Source: Phoronis australis (Eukaryota; Animalia; Phoronida). From it: a stretch of DNA of 64,000 bases. The first letter of the stretch is position 1, and each line of letters begins with the position of its first letter. The stretch covers positions 2,334,933 through 2,398,932 of the forward strand of contig NMRA01000001.1 of NCBI GenBank assembly GCA_002633005.1, given 5' to 3'. Both the position numbers and the translations under genes were made by a program. This document shows positions 35,845 through 47,057 of this stretch, piece after piece. The notes under the pieces were generated by a model. The model ran no database searches. It was given only the letters and a program-made list of their open reading frames with translations, and was not told the origin of the DNA.

Positions 35845-37825
35845 ATGCAGCACGAGAGTTTTCGAGATCCACTAACAGACATCATCCCGAATGAGGATGA
35901 GTACGAGTCGGGAGACGATCATTTCCACATTGTATCCACAAAAGACGAATTAACTCTGTCTGCATATTCTGAGGATGCCGAAAAACGGTCAAAACAAAAC
36001 AAAAATTCAAGTAACAGCAGAGCACATTGCTTGAGTGCTAGTCGAGAGCTACAAAGAGACATCATCCCGCATGAGGATGAGATGGTGTCCAAGAGTTACG
36101 ACTTGCCCTATTCAGGTTGGCCTGATGACGACAAAAAACAGGTACAAAACAGATCCATGCCTAACATCAATACAAATTGCTCGAGTGGTCGTCAAGAGCC
36201 ACAAAGAAATACTGACCCCGACGAAATAAAGTTGAGAGGGAATTTTTACGAGGTAAAGGCCAAAAGTAACGATTCACCTCCTCCTGATTGCTTTGGTGAT
36301 GTCGAAAAAGGGATATTACAGAACAGGGCAACTTGTATGATTATCAACCGAGAACCACATAGAGAAATTATCCTGTTGAGAGGCAATGACCACGATATCA
36401 AGAGTAACGAATCACCTCTACCTGGAAGTTCTGATGCTGGCAAAAAATGAACAAAACAAAAGCGGTCTTTCCATAACAACCGTGTACATTGTTTGAACGT
36501 TTGTGAAGAGTCACGTAGAGTCACTACACCGCGGGATGTCGATTGTTTGGGATGTCACGAATACGAAGGCGTAGCCAAGGGTAACGAGTTATCACCGCCT
36601 GCATGCTCTGGAGATTACAAAGGAAGTGAAAATGATAGCAATCCGAACTCCGTGAGGAACCTGAGCTCGATTACAGATGTTGTTCTACAAATGTTCCCGG
36701 AAAAAGTTACAGAAACACGATTCGTGCCAGTACCTGGAATGAGCGAGGACACAGATGGCTTAGACAGGCAAGGCGATGTCCAAAAGCTATCAGTTTTTCA
36801 GAGATTAATTCGTAAAGTGAAATCAGTATTTTCTATGAAAAAGCGTAGTAGAAACAACAGAAGTTGGTCTGTATACGAAACTGCTTTTTCCTTTCCAACT
36901 TTCAAGTCGTCACCGCTTCTCGATCTGCCAGACTTTGCTATTAACGTTGGTGAGACTGTTGTTCACGACCCCATGAGTTACAATTACGTTTATCGTGACG
37001 GAAATCCCGTCGTCATTGACCGAGGAAATTATGGCTGTATGTTTCTAGTTGAGCGACAGCAGATGTTTTACGCCCTCAAAGTATTTTGCAAAGAATCGTC
37101 ATCTTTATATGAGGTCAGTAGAGAGGTTAAAGTGTTCCAGTTTGTCAATGGGAAAGGAATCGGGCCTCAACTTCGAGGGTTTTCCCCGTTGGAGGAAAAC
37201 ACGATTCACTATTCGTGGGGAATTTTATTTGACTTTGCAGGAAACAATAGCCGCAGCGGGAAGACACTCCGTGAACTTCTTAGCGAATACAACAAGGAAA
37301 CGTCTGGGTTTACTCCACTGAGGGATCAAGACTGGCTTGACATCTTGATCACGATATGTGAACAAATTAATGCTCTCAACAGAGCAGGCGTAGTGCTGAG
37401 AGCCGTGAATCCGGATAGCATTGCAGTGATCAAAGTTAATGGTTTGTACAAGGCGCAGTTTTTGGATTTTCGAGACGCAAAGTTGTTCGGAGGACAATCC
37501 TTGTACAACTTACTACGGCGACTTTATTAAGGTGTGCGAGCTCATGGGTCTCATTAACTGGGAGACGCAATCTTATAAGAAGTTCCACGATGCGTCCAAC
37601 TGATGTTTCAAGGACCAGATATAGCTATTTGGGAACATGTTATCGAGGCCCTGAGGACAGAAAGGAGCGCCACCTGCTCTTTCTTTAAAAAGTGGTTCTT
37701 TGTCGGAAACAGTAGTGACTCTCCCCAATAATGCAAGTTTGGCAAGCGTGTGTCGAAGCCTTGCACTGGCATTATGTCCACCGCAAAACATCCGCGCACA
37801 CCGGACTTTTCGAAGTGTCTGATCG
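35845..37825 (+). pseudogene. Intronless N-terminal-repeat + protein-kinase-like gene disrupted by an in-frame TGA (36448-36450) and by stops/frameshifts after about 37500
   Basis: ORFs 35845-36450 and 36493-37530 share one frame. Kinase motifs IDRGNYGCMFLV (Gly-loop), YALKVF and REVKVF (alphaC Glu) are present; HRD is replaced by LRAVNPDSI and DFG by DFR. AATAAA at 38042. Confidence 0.7.
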
Positions 37826-38812
37826 ACCACAGCAACGGAAGATGAACCTAAATTTCGAGCGCTTCGTAGACAATAGTTAAGATATTTGTGTGGCCAACTT
37901 GTATAGTTGCTAATGTGGTGTCGTGGGCATACATATGACTGTCTTCTGATTAAGATAGAATATTTACAGCCATTACCAGAAATTTGATCTAATATTGATA
38001 AGACGTTTACTTTCTTTGTAATGATTTAATTTTTCGATGTTAATAAAAGTCGGCCAAGGCTAGTTATCCAGCTGTTGTTATTTGTTTATGAAGTATTTAT
38101 TCCTCTTTCAGCCCCTATACGGAAAGCAGTACCTTTGGAGTGTATTACAACTGTAATGGCAGTGGCATCAGTCGTCTCTTCATGGATTTTTCACTAAGTA
38201 AGTTTTACAGTGTTCAAACTCCGCAAAATGTTTTTAAGGAATTAAATTTGAGGTAACGACTCCTTGGATTCACGTTAATCATTAAATTTCGTTGTAAAAA
38301 CAACCAAAAACTATTATATAACCTTTTATAGAATTCTCTATTCTTTAGCAAAACTGGATCCTTTTCCTAGCTCATGAATTAAACTCTTTGGGAGGTGTTT
38401 TAATTCACGAGACACATTTTCGGCTAATAATTCAGAGAAGTCACCCCCCCAAGTTCATAAGCTCATAAGGTATGGCTGTGATGATGTAAAAGATCCACAG
38501 TTTTGACTTGCGTAGTTGCTGTGGAGACATCACCCCATTACCAAAACATAATGAAATAAATTAAAAGGATCTATGAGATTCCTGGATCACTTTTAAAACT
38601 GTTTGCATTCGGACCTGGAAATGGAGGTACATGTATATGCTCCAAAAATTGTTCTCTTTAACCAACTCATCAGTGAAAAATAGCCGCAAATGTATGCTGC
38701 TGTGCGTAGATAACTGTAAACTATCTATCATTACATATGTGGAGAAATGAGTTATTTCGTACTGTTTAAGTAAATTTGCCCCATGTTCACTTGCGAGTTT
38801 CCAGTTACTCAA

Positions 38813-39881
38813 TGTGACGTCACTGGAAGTAGGGCAAAACCCGCCATATTACCCTTGTTTTGCCCCGAGTCTTTGCAAAACACACTAAATCTTACTGGAG
38901 TTCTTATGGAGAATTTTACGCTCAAAACTTTAACACAACTTAAGAAATTGTAGATAGATCGTGGAATAACTGTGGATGGACGAAGAAAAGGTGAACTAGT
39001 TATCTTGTGCGAAGCTGTGAACGGACTGAAATTGGAATTCGACCCGGCGGGCTTGGCCTGAATGCCCCAGGCATACAGATCAGGCGATAGTACAACAGTT
39101 ACTCATTTCAAAATACAGCAAATGAAATCAAATGAAACCTGCATATGTGCACATGGAGTTATAATTAACACATACCATGACTCTGGATACAATTTAGTCA
39201 ACAAATAACTTGAAAATATCCATGAAAACCTCGCGTTTCGCTCGAGTTTCCCTAACCGGGCACCATTTTGAGGAAGTTACGTGAAATCACGCCTCTTGAC
39301 GAACAAAAAGTCCAAGGGACACAAATCTTACAAATTTCACTTGATATCTTCCCATGCTATTTTTGAAGTGTCACGCGCCAGGTCACGCGCTTCGCTCAGT
39401 CTCGCGCTAGTCCGGCTTTGCCTCATACTCACCTGACTCAGTTGAAATACTTAGTGGTTATAGCGCACGGTGAAAAAGTTAACAGGAACCAAAAAGTGGA
39501 CTTCTTCACCAAAGTCACCTGAATTCTCGTAGCTATGCTTCTTCGAAGATATGTTTAGAAGCAGAAAGGATCCAGTCACTGAAGGAAGTAAGCGCCTTTT
39601 TAGGTGATAGTTTTAGGTGTAAATGTATTTTACGAGGTGAAAACTTTGAAAATCAGTGAGCGGATTTCGTTTAAAATACATGGAACGAAATTAGAACAGA
39701 ACGCGATGGAACGAATTGTAATGCGAATCTGAATTACATTTGCCATAACAGCAATGCTTGTTTGGCATTTTTCACACTAAAAGATTAAAAACTCGAAGTT
39801 AACTGAACAGAATACATTCTGCTACCGTATCGGGCAAATGGCCAAATGACAAACTTTTGCCCTACTTCCGGTAACGTCACA
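38813..39881 (+). mobile_element. Degenerate DNA transposon with ~27-bp inverted repeats and a SAP-like coding remnant (38906-39061), interrupted by a copy of the 2.8-3.9 kb repeat
   Basis: IRs TGTGACGTCACTGGAAGTAGGGCAAAA / TTTTGCCCTACTTCCGGTAACGTCACA. Translation MENFTLKTLTQLKKL*IDRGITVDGRRKGELVILCEAV is SAP-like. Confidence 0.55.
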
Positions 39882-40949
39882 GTTAAGTCTCACATAATCT
39901 CGCGTTATTGTTATTAACTCGCAAAAGGAATAATAGCAATCTCGTTTGGTCAGATTCAGAGAGGTACTTCCGGCTCCCTTCCTATCTGCATAGAACTCTA
40001 CACCTGGAATGCCAACTCCTGCATGGGACCAACAGCCCCGAGACTAGCCGCGACAGTTTTTTCCAGCTGCCTGCTCGACTGAGTTTTGTAGTCATCAAAT
40101 CAAGCCTAATTTCATTGTTTCATTCCCATTTTGTTATTATTGTTCGTCAAGCGAGACTCTTGAGGTACTGTTCCATACAATCAGCGATTTCTCGGCAAAA
40201 TTAGTCAACAAACCCGGCAATTATACTGGTCATTCTTTATGAGCACCGACCTGTGGCCCTGGGTGGATGCCGAGAGTAGTTTGGACTCTGATATCTTTTC
40301 AGCTGCAATCGTAGAGCCACTTTCGACAACCTATCATACTACATGCCAGGAGTTTTCCAACAACACATTTTTGGGTGTTAAAATCTTGTTGCAGTGTTTT
40401 ACGGTGCATTTGGACTAAATGAAAAATTTAGGCCATAATCCCAACCCTAACCCTAACACTAACACTAACCCTGAGAAGTAGGCCTACTATTATCTGTAGT
40501 ATTTACCTATACCCGTGAAATAAAATTTTAAAACAGGAAAAGCTTACCTTATGAAAGAACCCAATCCAGTACTTTGTATGACTGACAGCGTACAGTGTAT
40601 ATGCCCTGCTCTTGGCGGACTGTCCCACTTTTTCGAATTTATCCGCCATCCCGCCACACCATCTAAATGTGCCGCTTTTTGACGCACAACCAAATTGACG
40701 TTCATGTGCATTTGTATTATCATATACTTTTGTAATTTCCCACGCGACATAGCCATATTTGTTTCTGGTCGACAAAAAATGGACGTTTCATGTCTTTTGC
40801 TGCACCCACAATTTCCTGTTCGACTAAAAACAACAATAACAAAAACGCTGTCGGGCATTTTTAGGTGGTACATCTCCCGTTCGACAAAAAAAACGCTCTC
40901 GGTTCGTTTTTGGATGTTGCAGCGAACATTTCACCCTTACGTATTGGCT

Positions 40950-42620
40950 TAGACTCAGTTATCCAACTTTTTATCCTGAAGTCCCGCTTTTCAATCTGTT
41001 TTTCGTTCTTGAATGTTGACCGTGACAGCTATGCACCAGGTGTTCAAAATAACGTTGTCTCTTTTTTATGAATGTTCTTATTTTCCAGACTCCACTTTTT
41101 AGTAACATAACAATTGTAAAAACGTGTTCCAATGACTCTTGTTTACGGTAACTTGCATTACATGTATCGGGATCACTAACTTTTACTTTCTGAATGAAAC
41201 AGTTTATTTCTAAGCTTTTACGGAAAGTAATACACTGCAACCAATGTGATGAGCTCTCCACACTTCATTCAAAGCTATCACGTGATAGCGGTTTGACCAA
41301 TTTTTTTATTTATCAGAAAACATTTACCTGCAAATTTTGGATAGATGCTAATAGTGTATTGCAATTTTCAAAAATAAATTGAAAGTTGTACTTTGGTGGC
41401 TGGAATAAGCAATATATACTGTAAATAATTATGTGCCATTTACTTAAATTTTTACGGCTTTGTGCTAGACAGGGGAGATAAGCCACATACCACTTTCTCT
41501 AGCTAATTTTAGTGGCTGTTTTTGTGACCATGTTACTGTCATATTGTACCTTGTAGCTTTATATAACTTTTTTGAACTCACAGCTAAAGAATAAATATTG
41601 ATGACTGACCAAAAATATCTTGCCTGAACTTTACATTTAGTGAAAATTGTCTTGAAAAACTGTCGATTTTGGAAATGATGAGCATACAATGAGAACACAA
41701 TATTTTTTCATGTCAATTTTAGTAAAAATACGGTTCGTTGATTATCCCAGACATATTTTTTAGTTAATAACGGCTTCACGTAATTTTATTAATTAGTCGT
41801 GCCTTATTCGGGAGTAACGTTTAGGGGGTTAAGAATTTCCCGCCATTTTGTTTTCATATAGTTTGGCTGTTTGACCTGTCGAGTCAGTCATTGTTTTACC
41901 TCGGTTATGATAATTTCGGTTGTCGTTTGCGTTTGTTTATGAAATAAATTTCAAAATATTAGGTTCAGCTCATTCATAAAAATACTGGATGGCGTGAGCA
42001 GAGTTGTCATTAAGTAAATCAATTTTGGTCCAATCAAGATTTTTAGCACAGAAATCTTTTCAAAAAAGAGATATTACTTTTTCTCCTCGTCGGTTTCGTG
42101 TTACGGGACCAAAAGTTATGTGATGTTCAAGTTGAACACCAAAATTATCAGAAAGTTTTTTGAAACAACAAGGTTTTCAATTTCACTTTCTTCATTTGGA
42201 CTGTTATCAGAGAATAATTTTCCATAAAACTATAAGACCACAACCAGTATCTTTTCTTGGTCTGTAATCTCCTCCCCATTTTCCAATTCTTACTGATACG
42301 TGAGCTTATTGTGAAAATATATGGCATTTAAACCTCAGAAATATTTTTCGTCTTCCTGCGTCCATTTTGCCCTATCTAACGTGATGACCTTTTGATTTTT
42401 GTGACGTAGCTCCAGAAGACCACTTTCCATTAGTAGTACATCCAAAAAGTTGATCATTAATTACAAGCTGGATCTCAGTATTAGGTAAGTCATGAATTCT
42501 GTCCGTATCATCGGAAATAAGAATATTGTTTTTTAACATTGCTTATTGTGTCGTGGACAATGTTTACATATTTGTCATTTAAAGTGAAGTCCGTTACATC
42601 CATTAATTTCTCTAACAAAA
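40950..42620 (-). mobile_element. Degenerate L1/Tx1-clade LINE ORF2 remnant
   Basis: Minus-strand fragments in ORF2 order: LNDKYVNIVHDTISNVKKQY, INDQLF-LDVLLME, RAKWTQEDEK, ENGEEITDQEKIL..FYGKLFS, and a C-terminal zf-RVT-like KVSDPDTC..QESLEHVF. Confidence 0.65.
41702..41941 (+). mobile_element. Diverged fragment of the Kolobok terminal arm nested in the LINE remnant
   Basis: Aligns by eye to 22420-22658 (ttgattatcccagaca..., gtcgagtcagtcatt...tacctcggtt..gata). Confidence 0.8.
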
Positions 42621-43073
42621 CCCTCAAGAATGACCAAACTTGTAAAATGGTATTGTCAATGGAAATCCAAATCTTAGCTCTAACCTTTTGCTGTCTGCAA
42701 ATTTGTCTAACAGTGTAGAAAGATTTGTCAAATTGCACGCTAGCATCTAGCTCATATTCAGTTCTAGAGTGGATGGAAACTCGCAAAAACGCAAGATCCC
42801 GCGAGACAATGTCATGCATTGTATCACAAGCGAAGCACGTGACCACACTAGCTTTACTCGCCAAATTCTTACGTCTGCGAATGCAATCCAGCTGACATCT
42901 TCAGAAATTGGACACTACGTCACACCTCTGCCTTGAGGAACTGTTTCCTCAGTTGACTTTGCTTTCATGTAAATCAAAATAGTATTTAATAAGTGAAATA
43001 CGCCAAACTGACCAAAAACACTTCCAAAATGCCAAATTCCCCTTTTAACCATATCGAGGTTGGCATTGACTTG

Positions 43074-44203
43074 GCATGGCACACAGGCGCTTGGGTTTAT
43101 CGCAAATGACGTCACAATATATATATATAAGAAAACATAAAGGTTGGACACTTAAACTTTGCAAAGCCGAGGCTCCCAACTTCAACCGTCCAAAATCCAA
43201 ATAAAATCTGCGTGCACCTCCCTCAGTCTGGTGTTGCATAAACCTTCGAAGCCTTATCTTTCCTAGATCCCATTAACTGTCTTCGTGAGTGGTGAATTGG
43301 CGATGGAATTTCCAAAACAATATCAAAACTCTGAATTCAAGGACCTGAAATAGTAAACATGGCGGATTTCTGTTGTGCTTCAACTTGTACGCCTGACGTA
43401 GGTGAAACTTCAAGTTTGAGCAAGCAACCTATATTTCAAATTCAATAACTCTAATCCAAAACTCAACTACACTGTAATTGAGAATGTTAAAGTTAGTATT
43501 TTAATGATTATTTGTAACTTTATTCCACTGACGGCTCATTTTACCCCTTAACTTAGAATTTTATTGCATAAACTGGCGTATCTTGTTTCTCATCTTGACA
43601 TCACGCACTTTTTTGATTGAAGCACAACACACACTCGGCCAGAAAACGTGCAAGTATTACAATGCGCGTGGCCGACGAGTTAACTCAATGGTTTTGGCCA
43701 AAAATAAAACCTTCATAAGAAATCACAGTACACAAAAAACTTCGTATATCAATACTGTATCAGGATAATTTATATTTGACACAAATATGTGAATAATTAC
43801 ATTTATTTGGCAATAAAGTGCTCTCTGCTTCTCATGATCAAGTAGTCGATGGATTGACGGCGAAAGCCGCGCGAAATTAGACTTTCGGATTTAGCTTGGG
43901 AGCGTCGGTCAAAACCCGGATGTGCGAAGACCGTGTGCCATGACATCACGGAATCAGGTCCTTGAATTTATGATTTTGGCATTCTTTTGGCATTTTTGTC
44001 GCCAAATCACCACTCGAAGGCAATTTGAAGAGATCAAATGAAAGAAGGTATTCTAAGAGTTGTCCGATGCTAGTTTCGTGAAGTTCCATGCACATTTGAG
44101 TAGAAAATTCTGAGCAAACAGATTTCAAGTGTCCAACCTTTATGTTTTCTTATATTATTGAGTGACGTCATTTGCGATAAACCCAAGCGCCTGTGGCATG
44201 GCA
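43074..44203. mobile_element. Element bounded by ~75-bp inverted repeats (43074-43153 and 44127-44203)
   Basis: caggcgcttgggtttatcgcaaatgacgtcac...taagaaaacataaaggttggacactt and its reverse complement about 1 kb away. Confidence 0.65.
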
Positions 44204-44514
44204 CAGCTTACGAAACGTCTCAATGAGATGCCAAAATCCTTCCCGCTCATAGTACTGTGTGCAAATTACTCCACAATACTGTCTTCTTTCTGATATTAAC
44301 GTCTACAGAGTAATGAAACACAAGAACTTTATTTGTGGTATACATTTCTCTTAAATAATCCCAGGCAGTAAAGTGACAGATGTACATAAAATTATACAAC
44401 TTTTCTCGGGGAACGACTGAGGCGAAATGAAACACTGTATTGCATAGGTAATAAAGCAACAAAAATCAAATTTTATCCTCGTTATTCTTCCGTTTTTCAG
44501 CTTCTCATAGGCCA

Positions 44515-47057
44515 CTAAGGCTGCCATCTGGCGGTCGGCCAGTTTTCATCAGATTGAGGGAAAGTGGGAAGAGGCGAAACCAGGTGATGCTCTGTCCGTA
44601 CCGCCGTGTATCTGAAAAAATGATTGTAGAGGTGTGCACGACTAATTTCAAATTCAATTCCAAGTCCTCATACATTGAGGTATTCCGCCCTACGCCACCG
44701 ATGATCGGTTTAGTCATAAAAACGACCAGCGTCATCTAGCGGCTTGGAGACGAGGCTGTAGTTGTTTCTGACTGACATAGCGGGTATAAGTTGTAGTGCA
44801 ATCGGAACAAAAATAAAAATAAATAAACCAAGAGCCGTGCTTTCACCAATGCTAGTCACTGAGCAAACAAAACTTTTGAAGCGGGTTAATAGCAGGGAAA
44901 TAATGACTAAGCCGGATGTCAAGCTAATGTATTCCTACCGTTTCTCCCACAATTCAAAAGACCTGTGTGGCCGTCCAATCACTTTCAGTTGGGGCTATTT
45001 TGTTAGCGTTCGTCAAAGTAAGGAGGATAGTTTATTATAAACAAAATCCTAGTTAGATTTTGCATTGCATCTTTGTGATTTTGCGCTCTGGTATTGTCAA
45101 ACAATGGACGAGCTTCGCGTGCCAAATCGCAATACGGGGTAGGCCATATCGTTGAAAAATTCGAAAAGTATTCCTTACTCGGGAAAAACGTTGCGGTTTG
45201 CAGTCCTCCTGTCTCTCCTGTCCTCAATTTTTGGCAGCAGACATACTAGGATGGGAACGATGGCTAATATGACAACTCCTAACAAGGCCGCCAAAACACT
45301 TATGACGATGCAGTTAGTAGCTGTCAGCTGTACCTCGCTAGCGGTCTGAACCAATCCTTTGGCTGCTTCTTTCACTGTGAAATATATAGTAGATAACTGG
45401 TGACATTCGCCACCTCAAATTTCGCCAAAAGCTGAAGTGAGATTGTTTTTCGTGTCAAAGCCAGAAAAGTGTTTTTCGGAGACAAGACCCAGTGCGAAGT
45501 GAAACCTGGAAGCTTCGATCAGGGTTGCAGTGCTCTGCTGGCAGCGTATTTTAAGCGTATTTAACTGATAAAGTCACCAGCGTGTGTTTCTGCGTACATG
45601 TATGTCTGGCAGACGACGTACGGATGGGAATTATGTTTTTATCGTAATGTTTTTTTGCCCGGGGTACGCCACGAGCTATGTTGCAGAGTAAAACAAGATG
45701 AGTATTGGGAATACTGTCATTTATTATGACGTAAATAGAAAGAACTAAACCAATCAAAGCTTTAAAAATAATCCCAAAAAGTGCATTTTCGGCCGTAAAA
45801 ACGATATGTCCTTTTTAAGCTAATCCGTGTCAGAAGAGTAGATTGACGCTGGTACCAAACTGTCGGGCTGTTATTTCCTGGGACCAGACTGCTTGTCATG
45901 GCGGGCTAGTTTCAGTCATCAAGGCAATAGGCCTACAGCCGCCAAAGGAATTCCAGACGATTTGCTGGAAACAGTTCCACTGATTCAAACAAAGGATAAG
46001 AACGCGGTGACGTTGCTTTGGAAGACAAATACACTAAAAAAGAAACTTGGTGTTATTATAGCGGCTTATTAAAGAGTTATAAGCGCATACCAATAACAAA
46101 AATAAGTAATTGCAGGCGGTCTGGTACACGTTGCACCAGACGTGAGCAGGCTGGTCAGCTGGGCCCATTGCAGACTGATCAACATTTTGTATGCTTTGTT
46201 AATAAAATATAGTTAAAACTGAGCTGAGGAGCTAGAGACTAGACTGAAGGGTCTAGCAGCGTACCCTAGCGTGACTCGAACCAACGACATTGAGTAAATG
46301 AAGTGGACATTTAACTCTCTAGGTCACACTGCCTCTTCTCTATAGCAACAACATTTTGAAGAGAGTTTTGCAAACGCCTTGTAGGAGTTTAGCTGCAATA
46401 CGCTTTGACGATACTTTATTTATTACGAAATGTACGTTTTCGTGAACCTATGAATAAGCAGAGGACACATCACGTAACTAGTCTTGATTATTTTATCCGT
46501 CTAGCAACTTTGCAACATAAAGGAAACTGGGTAGTGGTCGAATATAACATGCCCGCATTTTGAGAGCCAGTTTTCTCCATGCAACTAAAAGATCATCAAT
46601 TGAAAATAAACCGAGTTCCAGGATCATCAACCCGGCTACTTGCACTCCTTTAGGCTACTTACACTTGCATGTGGCCGGTGCCGGGTCCCATTTGGGCGTA
46701 CTTTCATCGAGTTTACAACACGCCGTCTTTGCACCTGCCAGGTAGAAGTCCGGCAAACAACCGAATTCGACGCACGTGCCAACTGCTCTCTCCGACACGT
46801 TTGTAAAAGTCTGATTATCGATCGTTGTCACTACGTCTCCTGCAAAATTGGTTAAACTTTGTAGTTGTTTCTAAATGCATCTTTGGCGTCGGCTTCTAAA
46901 TTTTTTTTCGCGCGCAAACAGTTGGTCGCGGAGTAGGCCGTTGCTTCACTTGCGACACTTATTGAATTTCGAGTTGCTCAGGAATAATGACACGCCATTT
47001 CATCAATGTTTATTGATGTTTTGTGACCTTACCTGGGAAGGGACATTCCAGCGCCAT
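44515..47057 (-). CDS. SUSD3-like Sushi/CCP single-pass membrane protein, paralog A, about 164 aa; exons 47057-47033, 46839-46663, 45374-45179, 44611-44515
   Basis: MALECPFP|GDVVTTIDNQTFTNVSERAVGTCVEFGCLPDFYLAGAKTACCKLDESTPKWDPAPATCK|...NCIVISVLAALLGVVILAIVPILVCLL (TM)...|YTAVRTEHHLVSPLPTFPQSDENWPT. GT-AG introns with consistent phases; the last exon is less certain. Confidence 0.75.

Noticed and set aside
40443-40471. Telomere or chromosome-fusion site
   Set aside because: Only about 5 degenerate TAACCC units; such tracts commonly occur inside interspersed repeats.
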